Below are positions 55,782-64,000 of a stretch of DNA of 64,000 bases, in pieces. Origin of the DNA: Flavobacteriaceae bacterium. GTDB taxonomy: Bacteria > Bacteroidota > Bacteroidia > Flavobacteriales > Flavobacteriaceae. Location: NCBI GenBank assembly GCA_020854235.1, contig JADZFW010000084.1, forward strand, positions 15,932 through 79,931, in the 5' to 3' direction. Each line of letters opens with the position of its first letter. Positions within the stretch are counted from its first letter, which is position 1. Made by a program: the position numbers and the translations under genes. The notes under the pieces were generated by a model. It saw only the letters and a program-made list of their open reading frames with translations, searched no databases and was not told the DNA's origin.

Positions 55782-56540
55782 TTAATCTTTCAATAACTTA
55801 ACTTTATCTTTCAAAATCCAGCCTGTTTTCCCATCGGCTATTTTGATTTTAAGCCATTGATTCTCTTGGTTCACCACTTGAACTTTAGTACCTTCATGCA
55901 ATATAAACAATTCCGAATTTCCAGTTCCGGGTTCTGATTTAACCGAAACTTGCTGCGTAAAAACAATCGCAGGTTGATCATTTACAAAATGATGTCTGGC
56001 TTTAATTCCCATACTAAGTGTCAGTAAAAAAAGTCCTAAAATCACAAAACTGGAAACAAAAAACAATCTTTTATTTCGTGAATAATCAGAAAAATAATAA
56101 GCAATAAAAAAACCTGCACTCACAAAAGCTAGTATTACAGAAATCCAAGCCCAAGCGTTGTATGAAATTGGATATATAATCGTTTCATTTATTTTTTGGA
56201 AGAAAGTTTTAGGCATTGGTTCTATTACATCGATCGTCATCCTTTGAGCAAAAGCTAAGTTGTTACGAGCATCAACATGGTTCTGATCCAACAATAGCGC
56301 TTTTTCATAATAATAAATACTTGGTGCAATTTTATTGGATTTATAAAATGCATTCCCCATATTAAAATATAAGTCTGCAGAATTAAAACCGGCTTTTTCT
56401 ACTAGCAAATACTGGTTAATCGCTTCATCAAACTTTCCATTACGGTAGGCTGTATTTCCTTGCTCAAAACTTTGAAATGAACTTTGTGACCAAAGTAACT
56501 GTGTTGCTAAAAAGAAAAAAAACAAGATGAACTGCTTCAT
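55782..56540 (-). CDS. BatE-like TPR + bacterial SH3 domain membrane protein
   Basis: It has a signal or anchor sequence and TPR units (GNTAYRNGKFDEAINQY, NMGNAFYKSNKIAPSIYYYEKAL). Two TM helices follow, then a C-terminal SH3-like block WLKIKIADGKTGWILKDKV. I prefer the ATG at 56540. Confidence 0.6.
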   Translation of the reverse strand: MKQFILFFFFLATQLLWSQSSFQSFEQGNTAYRNGKFDEAINQYLLVEKAGFNSADLYFNMGNAFYKSNKIAPSIYYYEKALLLDQNHVDARNNLAFAQRMTIDVIEPMPKTFFQKINETIIYPISYNAWAWISVILAFVSAGFFIAYYFSDYSRNKRLFFVSSFVILGLFLLTLSMGIKARHHFVNDQPAIVFTQQVSVKSEPGTGNSELFILHEGTKVQVVNQENQWLKIKIADGKTGWILKDKVKLLKD

Positions 56541-56637
56541 CTTTGAAATTGATTTGGGTTTTATAAAGTGTTTGATATTCATGTGTTAAACCATTTATTC
56601 TTTTGGTAAAAGAAATCGTACGGAATATATTATGAGG

Positions 56638-58404
56638 TTATTTTAGTTCGGTATTGATTTTTAAAATAACCTGAGCTGCTTTATCCAATTCTGCCTCCAT
56701 GGCACTTCTGACCATAGGTGTAAAACGAGCAAAATTACAATCATTGAGAAGTTCGATAAAGTTATGAATAGCCATATCGCTCACTCCTTTTTCTCTCAAT
56801 AAAATAGAAATTTTATCTTGACTGATATCTGATGTTTCAATATTCAGTTTAGCTTTGAGAAAATTGTGCAATGCTTTTTCTAAAGCTTCATAAAATAAAT
56901 CTTTATTTCCCAAATGTTTTCCTGCTTCAGATAAATACTTTTTGGTCATTTTTTCTGCTGCCCGTAATTTATTACCAACTGTATCCGCTTCGCGTTCTTT
57001 GCGCTTTTTCCCTATAAAAATTATAACTGGAATGGCTAAAAAGGGTAATCCAATAAGTGAATAATAAACCAAACTACCATAAAAATCTTTGTTTTGAATG
57101 GCATCGAGTTGGGTTTCAGAATGGATGTGTCTGAAATCACCGCCTTTGGACTGCACTTTTTGTTTGTGATTCATTGATGATTGAGTAGTATCCACAGCAT
57201 TTCCACCAACAACTTCAAGAACGATTTCTTCACTGCTTAAGCTATGATACTTACCATCCTTTGGATTAAAATAAGAAAAAGTAACTGGCGGAATGAGATA
57301 CTTACCCATATAATTTGCAACAATGGCATAACTTTCTGTAATATTTCCATTTAGTCCAGAAAGTGTTGTGCTTAAATTTTCTTTGCGTTCGGGAGCATAT
57401 ACTTCCAACTCGGCAGGAACCTTCAAAGTGGGCAAATCAAACAATTTAAAATTACCGGTTCCGTTGATAATTACATTTACTTGTGAGGACTCATTGGAAC
57501 TCAATGAATTTTTGCTCGCTTTCACAGATAAAGTATAGTCACCTACTGCACCCGTAAAATCTTCAGGCTTTCCGTTTTCTGGTAAAGCTTTAATTTGAAT
57601 TGATCTGATACCCGATGTGTAATGTTGATTTACCCTTTGTATTAATGGATAACCAAAGAAATCAGTTTTTCCGGTTGGAACTCCCACAACTATATCTATT
57701 TCTATAGGATCTATGGTTAATTTTCCCGATTTTTGGGGGATTAATACTGTTTTTTTGAGTGTGAAAAAATTCAATTTTTCCCCTTTGTAATCACCTATTT
57801 GTCTGTCGTAATTCGTAATCGGTATTTCTTGATTCCAAAATCCTTCATATTTAGGTATTTCTCCAAACTGTGGATTGTTAAATTCAATCCGATTACTGAA
57901 ATACAAGCGATACTCGACGTAAATACCTTCACCAACGTAAGGATTTTCTTTGGAAATATGGGCTGCAAGAAAAATATTTTGTTGTGCGGCAGCTGTTGGA
58001 TCATTAGGATCCTTTGCTTCATCCACTTGATCAGTTACAGTAAAAGTAAGACCATTGGATTTATATTCTTTACCTTGAAAGGAAATACTGGCTCCTTGTA
58101 TAGTGAAATTTCCCTTTGAAGTAGGTTGTAATAAGTAAATATACGATTGAGAATAGGAAGATTTCCCGTTGATGTAACTTTGACTGATAGAAGTGCTAGG
58201 TCCTGCTACCACTTTAAATCCTTTAAAATCGGGAGCTTTAAAGTGATCTGACCCATTTTGATTTACACTATATTCTACCGTGACTCTTTGATTTAGTCCA
58301 AGCTTGTTTTTATTGGCTTTGGCTGTAAATTGAAAATCTTGAGCAAAGCTAATGGTATAAACCCACACAAAAAAAACACTTAAATATTTCTGAATCTTAT
58401 ACAT
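56638..58404 (-). CDS. BatD-like (oxygen-tolerance family) protein
   Basis: It has a signal peptide (VWVYTISFAQ). The typical start is DFQFTAKANKNKLGLNQRVTVEYSVN. There is a late TM helix and a cytoplasmic helical tail. I prefer the ATG at 58404. Confidence 0.65.
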   Translation of the reverse strand: MYKIQKYLSVFFVWVYTISFAQDFQFTAKANKNKLGLNQRVTVEYSVNQNGSDHFKAPDFKGFKVVAGPSTSISQSYINGKSSYSQSYIYLLQPTSKGNFTIQGASISFQGKEYKSNGLTFTVTDQVDEAKDPNDPTAAAQQNIFLAAHISKENPYVGEGIYVEYRLYFSNRIEFNNPQFGEIPKYEGFWNQEIPITNYDRQIGDYKGEKLNFFTLKKTVLIPQKSGKLTIDPIEIDIVVGVPTGKTDFFGYPLIQRVNQHYTSGIRSIQIKALPENGKPEDFTGAVGDYTLSVKASKNSLSSNESSQVNVIINGTGNFKLFDLPTLKVPAELEVYAPERKENLSTTLSGLNGNITESYAIVANYMGKYLIPPVTFSYFNPKDGKYHSLSSEEIVLEVVGGNAVDTTQSSMNHKQKVQSKGGDFRHIHSETQLDAIQNKDFYGSLVYYSLIGLPFLAIPVIIFIGKKRKEREADTVGNKLRAAEKMTKKYLSEAGKHLGNKDLFYEALEKALHNFLKAKLNIETSDISQDKISILLREKGVSDMAIHNFIELLNDCNFARFTPMVRSAMEAELDKAAQVILKINTELK

Positions 58405-58536
58405 ATTGTTCAAAAGTGATTTTATGGACAGGCAAAAATCGGAATACCACTTGAAAAAACACAACATTTCAATGAAAAAGTTATGTTAAAAAGAGTAAAA
58501 GTGAAGTCGAATATGAATTACTGGTGTCATATACTA

Positions 58537-58575
58537 CAAAATCGGCTTTATACTATCTGTACAAAGCCGATTTTT
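58537..58575 (-). terminator. Terminator after the HmuY-like gene
   Basis: 12-bp stem aaaatcggcttt/aaagccgatttt (58538-58549 and 58563-58574) with a 13-nt loop. U-rich runs follow on both strands. Confidence 0.6.
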
Positions 58576-58615
58576 CTCCCGATTAATCAGATCGGGGAAC
58601 TTAACCAATCAAATA

Positions 58616-59695
58616 TTATTGAAGCAAAATGTACTGAAACTGAGGATAACCTCTTTCACCTTGTGAATTTGTCAAAGCGGTAAATTTAACTTTGTAATAT
58701 ATACCTTCAGTATCTTTAACAACATAGAACACATTATTATAAACTCCTGGAGAGGTAGTAGGTCCACCACCTGAACGCCAACTACTACCAATTTTTCTTT
58801 GAGAATTACTGAATAGATCTTCCTGAACCATACTGAGTGCAAAAGAAGCAAAAGTTAGTTCAGCTGTTTCGGTTACTTTATAACTTTGAACATTCATTTT
58901 TGCATTGGTAGCAACAAAATCTGTGTAGCCATAGGTTCCATAACCCGGAATTTCATTGGTAAATACAGTAAAATTCAAATCCCAATTGTTTTTTTTGGGC
59001 TCTACAGATACTTCCGATTCAGTATTAAAACTGAAAAAAGTAAAATTATAAAATGCATCTTTTGAAATCACAACTTGTTTATGAGTTGTATCGTCGATAT
59101 CTGCATATTGTAAAATATAACTGTCAAAACTTTTTAAAACCCTAATTTTTTTCCATCCTCTATGTGGTCCATTTACGGCTACACTACCTATTGGCGGAAC
59201 ACTTGTTCCTACACTATAACCCAGGTTGAGTAAATAAACCGAATTATTGACATCTAAGACATTAACTTCATCCATAGCTGTATTCAGTATACTACCATCA
59301 AAATCATCGACATAATCAACATTGATAGGATTAAATGTTCCTATCGCAACTTGTGAATACATAGCATTGACATCGGCTGAATTAATCGTATCCATTTGAT
59401 TGGTCTCCAATTTTTTCACAGCCATATAGATGGAACTGTTGATTCCAATCCTAAATTTATCACCACAATAAAAAGCCAAATCCCATGAATCACGTTTCAC
59501 TGCTTTGGTTTCTTGATTACTTAAATTAACATAAACCTGATTTGGTTGATTTGGGCCACCAACTGTAGGACTTATAAATGCATTGTTAGTAAAGTCTTCT
59601 CTATCGGGAATAGGATCTTCTTTACTACAACTGACGAACAAGGTTGATAAAACCAAACTCAAAACTACCCATTTTTTTATGTGTATAAATTTCAT
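58616..59695 (-). CDS. HmuY-like lipoprotein (putative haem/metallophore-binding partner of the upstream receptor)
   Basis: It has a lipobox (STLFVSC) and the SWDLAF motif typical of HmuY-family proteins. It lies 8 nt downstream of a TonB-dependent receptor gene. Confidence 0.55.
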   Translation of the reverse strand: MKFIHIKKWVVLSLVLSTLFVSCSKEDPIPDREDFTNNAFISPTVGGPNQPNQVYVNLSNQETKAVKRDSWDLAFYCGDKFRIGINSSIYMAVKKLETNQMDTINSADVNAMYSQVAIGTFNPINVDYVDDFDGSILNTAMDEVNVLDVNNSVYLLNLGYSVGTSVPPIGSVAVNGPHRGWKKIRVLKSFDSYILQYADIDDTTHKQVVISKDAFYNFTFFSFNTESEVSVEPKKNNWDLNFTVFTNEIPGYGTYGYTDFVATNAKMNVQSYKVTETAELTFASFALSMVQEDLFSNSQRKIGSSWRSGGGPTTSPGVYNNVFYVVKDTEGIYYKVKFTALTNSQGERGYPQFQYILLQ

Positions 59696-59703
59696 TTTAA
59701 ATA

Positions 59704-61830
59704 TTATTTTATGTCTAGATTATACGATAATTTTACAAAATAGGATCTTCCGTATCCCAACATAAGTCCATCCCCCAAATTTCCATGGGTTTCTCCTCCG
59801 AGTCCAAACCCCGATCTTTTTAAACTAGTTACATCAAAGATATTTCTAACTCCTAAGGTCGTTTCTAAAGATCGATTCAAAAAATATTTCTTCACGGAAA
59901 AATCGGTCCATTGATAGGATTCTGTTTCAACTTTGGTATATACCACATTTTCCCCATCGTCTTCATCCTCAATATACTCATAGTCCTTTCCGTTTAATTT
60001 ATGGGTCAATGATAAACTCAAATTGTATTTTTCAATCGTATAAAACGCACTTAATGACCCATTCAATTTGTACAAATATTCATTATCTATTTGAGTAGCG
60101 TTGTCAAAACGATCGGATTTTCCTAATAAACTCAAACCAATTTTTAAATCAAATTTTTTTACCTTAATTTTATTATCCAAAGAAAATTCCAAAGATTTAA
60201 ATCGATCAATATTAATATAACGATATTCCAATGGATCAATTCTTACTATAGCTAAACCAATTTTATTCTCTAAATTCAAATAACCAAAAGTTAATTGAGA
60301 GGTCATCTTACTATTGGATTTATCAAACACATCGACCTTTACATGCGTAAAAACAGAAAATCCATTTTCTGTTTTAAGGTCTGGATTTCCTTGGACATTA
60401 TGTGTATTGTCTACAAAGTAGGTGAAAAGTTCTTCGTAATTTGGTGTTCTATACGCACTTCCAACCACATTACGCAATTCTACCTTTTTCCCTATTTGAT
60501 ATTTTGTACTTAAAGTATAAGCTTGCTGATTCTTAAAAAAGGATTGGAAAGAATATCTAAATCCAGGTCTAAAAGCCAATTTTTCAATAGGCCTATATTC
60601 AGAAGTAATAAATAAATCAAAATTATGCATGTCATTTTTAACATCTGCAAAACTGTATTCTGTGGATGTTGCAGCACTAAATCCAGATTCGTAATTGAAC
60701 TCTGCGCCTACTTGAAAATTAATTTTACTATTTTGAATGAAGTTACTGAGTGTGCTTTTTGAATAAAAAGTATTTCTGTTTAGATATTCTTCATAATCAT
60801 AATAGTCAGCATTACGGGTGTACAAATCATAAATATAATCTCTTGAATCTCTTTTCTGAGTTTGAAATGCTGCTGAGAAGTCATAAATCAAATTATTTGA
60901 ACTTCTTCCGTTGAGATTTAAGTTGTGTGAAAATCTCAAAGTACGAAAATCAGTATCTCTTGCCGTTTTATCCAATTGTTGCGTTTCAGTATTGTAACGT
61001 GATGTAACTGTTTGATCATAATAATTCAGCATTTCACTAAACATCCCAAACTTATAAAAAGCGGTTAGTTTTTTACCTTTAAAATACAAACTAGCATTTC
61101 CTGTTAATTGTTCTTTAGGCAACCATTCATATCCTCTATTCCCATCATCATAAATATAATTTTTTCCTTGCCTATCATTGAAATAACCAGCAAAATCATT
61201 ACGAGAAATATTAAGTGAAGTATAAAACTTGGGTGAAATATTGTTAGATATCGATAAGGTTTGAATATGTCTACCTTTAGCCCACCATTCATATTCATTC
61301 CCTAAGGTTTCCTCTTGAACAGAAAAATTAAAATCCATCTTGTTTTTGGTGGATTTTTTAGAAATTAAATTGATGATTCCGGTTACAGCATTAGCCCCAT
61401 ATTCTACACCCATAGCTCCTTCAACAATTTCTATTTGTTCAATATCATCTAGATTAATCTGTGTCAAATCAATATTGTTTCCAAATCCTTCGTCACTTAC
61501 CATTGGAATTCCATCCATAAGTACTTTGATATATTGCCCGTCCAACCCAAACAAACTCACTTGAGATTTCCCTGTTTGTGCATTGGGTATAATCTGAATA
61601 TTCAAGTTTTGATTGAGTAAATCAGCTAAGTTATTAGCAGCATTTTGTTGTATAACAGTATTAGTTATCACTTTAACTTCATACACAGATTTCTTAACCG
61701 ATTGCTTGGAGTATTGGCCGGTAACAACAACTTCCTCCAGTTTTTGGATAGAATCTAGATTAGGCTCTTGAGCCAATAAAGCTATTGGGGAAAAAACAAG
61801 TAATATTGTAAATTTAAAAAGGGTTTTCAT
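59704..61830 (-). CDS. TonB-dependent receptor (HmuR/siderophore-receptor-like)
   Basis: It has a signal peptide. The plug region shows EEVVVTGQ..., LMDGIPM and IEIVEGAMGVEYGANAVTGIINLI. The 22-strand-size barrel ends KLSYNLDIK. Confidence 0.9.
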   Translation of the reverse strand: MKTLFKFTILLVFSPIALLAQEPNLDSIQKLEEVVVTGQYSKQSVKKSVYEVKVITNTVIQQNAANNLADLLNQNLNIQIIPNAQTGKSQVSLFGLDGQYIKVLMDGIPMVSDEGFGNNIDLTQINLDDIEQIEIVEGAMGVEYGANAVTGIINLISKKSTKNKMDFNFSVQEETLGNEYEWWAKGRHIQTLSISNNISPKFYTSLNISRNDFAGYFNDRQGKNYIYDDGNRGYEWLPKEQLTGNASLYFKGKKLTAFYKFGMFSEMLNYYDQTVTSRYNTETQQLDKTARDTDFRTLRFSHNLNLNGRSSNNLIYDFSAAFQTQKRDSRDYIYDLYTRNADYYDYEEYLNRNTFYSKSTLSNFIQNSKINFQVGAEFNYESGFSAATSTEYSFADVKNDMHNFDLFITSEYRPIEKLAFRPGFRYSFQSFFKNQQAYTLSTKYQIGKKVELRNVVGSAYRTPNYEELFTYFVDNTHNVQGNPDLKTENGFSVFTHVKVDVFDKSNSKMTSQLTFGYLNLENKIGLAIVRIDPLEYRYINIDRFKSLEFSLDNKIKVKKFDLKIGLSLLGKSDRFDNATQIDNEYLYKLNGSLSAFYTIEKYNLSLSLTHKLNGKDYEYIEDEDDGENVVYTKVETESYQWTDFSVKKYFLNRSLETTLGVRNIFDVTSLKRSGFGLGGETHGNLGDGLMLGYGRSYFVKLSYNLDIK

Positions 61831-61918
61831 TTGTAAAGTATAGTGCTTTATTTATAAATGTTTCAGACTTCATTCAACATATTTGAAATACAATCAAATT
61901 TTCAATATGAAAATAAGA

Positions 61919-61937
61919 AAATAGGAATCTCCTATTT
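61919..61937. promoter_or_regulatory. Perfect 8-3-8 palindrome upstream of the receptor operon (candidate operator)
   Basis: The sequence is aaatagga-atc-tcctattt. It lies about 90 nt upstream of the receptor ATG (61830) in the divergent region shared with the AraC gene. Confidence 0.35.
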
Positions 61938-62021
61938 GAATATCAAATGCCTGCAAAAGTATCTCTATAATAAAAAACAAAATAACGCTCAAAATAATAT
62001 TAATACCGAATAAATATTTTA

Positions 62022-62029
62022 TATATTTG
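62022..62029 (+). promoter_or_regulatory. Candidate -7 box for the AraC regulator gene
   Basis: The sequence tatatttg lies 75 nt upstream of the ATG at 62104. Confidence 0.4.
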
Positions 62030-62030
62030 C

Positions 62031-62061
62031 AGCGTAATTGCTGATTATTAAAGCGTATTGC
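62031..62061 (+). promoter_or_regulatory. Direct repeat AGCGTA(A)TTGC x2 spaced 21 bp (candidate AraC-type half-sites)
   Basis: The copies are agcgtaattgc at 62031-62041 and agcgtattgc at 62052-62061, immediately downstream of the -7 box. Confidence 0.3.
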
Positions 62062-62103
62062 AATCTATTTTCAATCTAAAACTAACTATTTAAATTTTTT
62101 ATC

Positions 62104-62967
62104 ATGATTAAAAACAACGTTCAAGGAACAGAAATTGAACCTGGATTTATTCTCTTTATAAATCAAAATGACACCCAAGAATTGGTAAGATGTATCAAGG
62201 AAATTGATTGTTCTTACATTCAAATCCACTTTAGCTTACAACACAGCGCCAAACTGTATTTCAACCAAGGTAGGTATGCTGTAGATGTAGCAGAAAGCAA
62301 ATCCATGTTACTATATAATCCGGTACAAGATTTACCTATGGATATTGAGTTGGTCCCACAAGCTAAAATGGTAAGTATATTGATTTCTATTGAGAAATTG
62401 CACACTTTTTTTACGCCGGAAGCAGGTATTATTCACTTCCTCAGCGAAGAAAATAAAAGTAAAAAATACTATGCCGATAAGAGTATTTCGCCTGGAGAAA
62501 GTATTGTGTTGAGTCAAATCATTTCTCATAAGGTACAGGCCACTATGGAAAAATTATATCTAAAGGCAAAAATTTATGAGCTCTTGAGTATTTATTTCCA
62601 ACCCCAAGACGATGCTTCCAATAATTGCCCCTTTTTGCAACAAGAAGAAAATGTTGAAAAAATCAGACGCGCCAAGGCTATCATTATTGAAAGAATGGCT
62701 GAACCTCCAACTTTACAAGCATTAGCTGAAGAAATTGGGTTGCCTACGCATTATTTAAAAGATGGATTCAAACAAATCTATGGAGATACAGTTTTCAACT
62801 TCCTATGGGAATATAAAATGGAATATGCGCGTCGAAAATTAGACACCAAAAAATACAATGTATCTGAAGTAGCGTACGAAATAGGATATAGTACTCCCAG
62901 TCATTTTATAGCAGCATTTAAAAAGAAATTTTTAGTGACGCCTAAGAAATATATGGGGAAGATTTGA
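62104..62967 (+). CDS. AraC/XylS-family transcriptional regulator
   Basis: The C-terminal double HTH shows PPTLQALAEEIGLPTHYLKDGFKQIYG and VSEVAYEIGYSTPSHFIAAFKKKF. It is divergent from the receptor/HmuY operon. Confidence 0.85.
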   Translation: MIKNNVQGTEIEPGFILFINQNDTQELVRCIKEIDCSYIQIHFSLQHSAKLYFNQGRYAVDVAESKSMLLYNPVQDLPMDIELVPQAKMVSILISIEKLHTFFTPEAGIIHFLSEENKSKKYYADKSISPGESIVLSQIISHKVQATMEKLYLKAKIYELLSIYFQPQDDASNNCPFLQQEENVEKIRRAKAIIIERMAEPPTLQALAEEIGLPTHYLKDGFKQIYGDTVFNFLWEYKMEYARRKLDTKKYNVSEVAYEIGYSTPSHFIAAFKKKFLVTPKKYMGKI

Positions 62968-63050
62968 GTGGGTAGTGGGAAGGAAGCCATGAACAGTGAA
63001 CAGTTTGCGGTGGGTAGGAAATATACTGAAAGATATGAAAATTCTGAAAT

Positions 63051-63088
63051 AAAAAAACGGTTTGTCACAACGTAACAAACCGTTTTTT
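63051..63088. terminator. Bidirectional rho-independent terminator
   Basis: Perfect 11-bp stem aaacggtttgt/acaaaccgttt (63055-63065 and 63075-63085), with an A-run before and a T-run after. It sits between convergent genes. Confidence 0.8.
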
Positions 63089-63104
63089 AGTGAAAATTTT
63101 TGAA

Positions 63105-64000
63105 TTATTTCTTCTCTCTGATTAGGTAAATATAAACCGGATAATGGTCGCTATATCCTCCTGTAAATCCAGCTGTATCCCAGCTTCTGAAGGGATATCC
63201 TTTGTATTTACCTTTGGGGTTGGTCAAATACATAGGGTTAAAAATATTGGCCTGATAAAATTTCCAAGTTGAAAAATCCTTATCGTTACCTAATAATGGT
63301 GAAGTCATATAAATTTGGTCAAAAAGATTGATATTATCACGATATCCCAAAGTGCTGAAACCTCTTCTAAATAAATCTTCCATAGGGTTGTAAATACCAC
63401 CTTCTTTCACATCTTTTTTAACGCCTGTTGCATTTAAAACTTCTTTCAAGCTGGCATTAATAGGGTCATCATTTAAGTCACCCATTCCAAATATCTTTGG
63501 GTTATCATACATTTTTTGAAGCGAATCTATCATTTGCTTATTGTACTTGGCTGCGCCCATTCTAAGTGGTCGGCTAGCTGCTTCTCCTCCTCTTCTAGAA
63601 GGCCAATGGTTGACAATAACATGTATCATTTCACCATCCAATAATCCAGAAACCAACAATTGGTCACGCGTAAAAACGCGATCACCTGCATCGTACAATT
63701 TTACGTCATAAGATTTGTGAAATGTAGGCGTAAAGAATTGTTTTCTATACAATAATGCTACGTCAATTCCTCTATAATCATGTGAATTGTAATGTATGAT
63801 GCCATAATCATATTTTTTTAAATATTCGGTTTGAATTAAATCTTCCAATACTTGTTTGTTTTCCAGCTCGCATACTCCGATAATGGCCGGTGGTGTTTTG
63901 GCTTCTTTCACTCCAATTTCTGATAGAACTCTAGCCATATTGTTCAATTTCTTATTATAAGAATCCGAACGATTGCCCTTCAGCTCCATAATTGGACTAG
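63105..64000 (-). CDS. Endonuclease/exonuclease/phosphatase (EEP) family protein, 5' end probably beyond the window
   Basis: Motifs NHWPSRRGG, GDLND and SDHYPV are present. The frame stays open from the ATG at 63989 to the window edge, so the true start may lie upstream. Confidence 0.75.
   Translation of the reverse strand, partial: SPIMELKGNRSDSYNKKLNNMARVLSEIGVKEAKTPPAIIGVCELENKQVLEDLIQTEYLKKYDYGIIHYNSHDYRGIDVALLYRKQFFTPTFHKSYDVKLYDAGDRVFTRDQLLVSGLLDGEMIHVIVNHWPSRRGGEAASRPLRMGAAKYNKQMIDSLQKMYDNPKIFGMGDLNDDPINASLKEVLNATGVKKDVKEGGIYNPMEDLFRRGFSTLGYRDNINLFDQIYMTSPLLGNDKDFSTWKFYQANIFNPMYLTNPKGKYKGYPFRSWDTAGFTGGYSDHYPVYIYLIREKK

Noticed and set aside
1-64000. Search for rRNA, tRNA, CRISPR arrays, IS elements, integrases, phage genes or classical defence systems
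   Set aside because: Reading the intergenic regions and ORF translations, I found no tRNA-like T-arm or acceptor pattern and no direct repeat-spacer array. I also found no transposase, integrase or restriction-type motif. A covariance-model scan (tRNAscan-SE, Infernal) would be needed to exclude small RNAs.

Overview
This is an AT-rich, densely coding chromosomal segment that looks like Bacteroidota, class Flavobacteriia. The evidence is a GldH gliding-motility lipoprotein, three proteins ending in type IX secretion (T9SS) C-terminal sorting domains, TonB-dependent receptors paired with lipoproteins, and TAnnTTTG -7 promoter boxes upstream of many genes. I count about 50 credible protein-coding genes and several strong rho-independent hairpins. 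I saw no rRNA, tRNA, CRISPR array, transposase or integrase, so it reads as core chromosome plus envelope and sensory accessory genes, not a mobile island.

Housekeeping genes recognised by motif:
- recA, tyrS, lpxH and a class A PBP
- an ABC-F ATPase, dCMP deaminase and an S41 tail-specific protease
- SufE plus a DUF59/SufT protein, a PfkB kinase, an M1 aminopeptidase and a U32-family protein

Envelope and secreted genes:
- a C25 gingipain-like protease (5' end cut by the window edge)
- a CotH/LTD protein and a jelly-roll/LamG-like protein, both T9SS cargo
- two TonB-dependent receptor loci, one HmuY-like with a divergent AraC regulator
- BatD/BatE, a Kelch lipoprotein, and a DUF4270-like lipoprotein coupled to a beta-barrel

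Observations I consider most worth follow-up:
1. Five Aer-type PAS modules with no recognisable output domain sit in three adjacent genes (1+3+1) at 28.9-32.4 kb.
2. An ECF sigma gene is translationally coupled to a protein that combines an anti-sigma-like N-terminus, one TM helix and a C-terminal 8-strand OMP-type barrel.
3. A U32-family protein, a radical SAM enzyme and a small ferredoxin form a same-strand gene string.
4. Pho-box-like TGTTA direct repeats phased at 11 bp lie in front of a PhoB/PhoR-like two-component operon. They recur 5 kb away, flanking a TonB receptor/beta-helix-lipoprotein operon.

All functional calls come from reading motifs in the supplied translations. No database search or alignment was run, so family names are recognition-level calls. 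The novelty claims need homology and neighbourhood searches.
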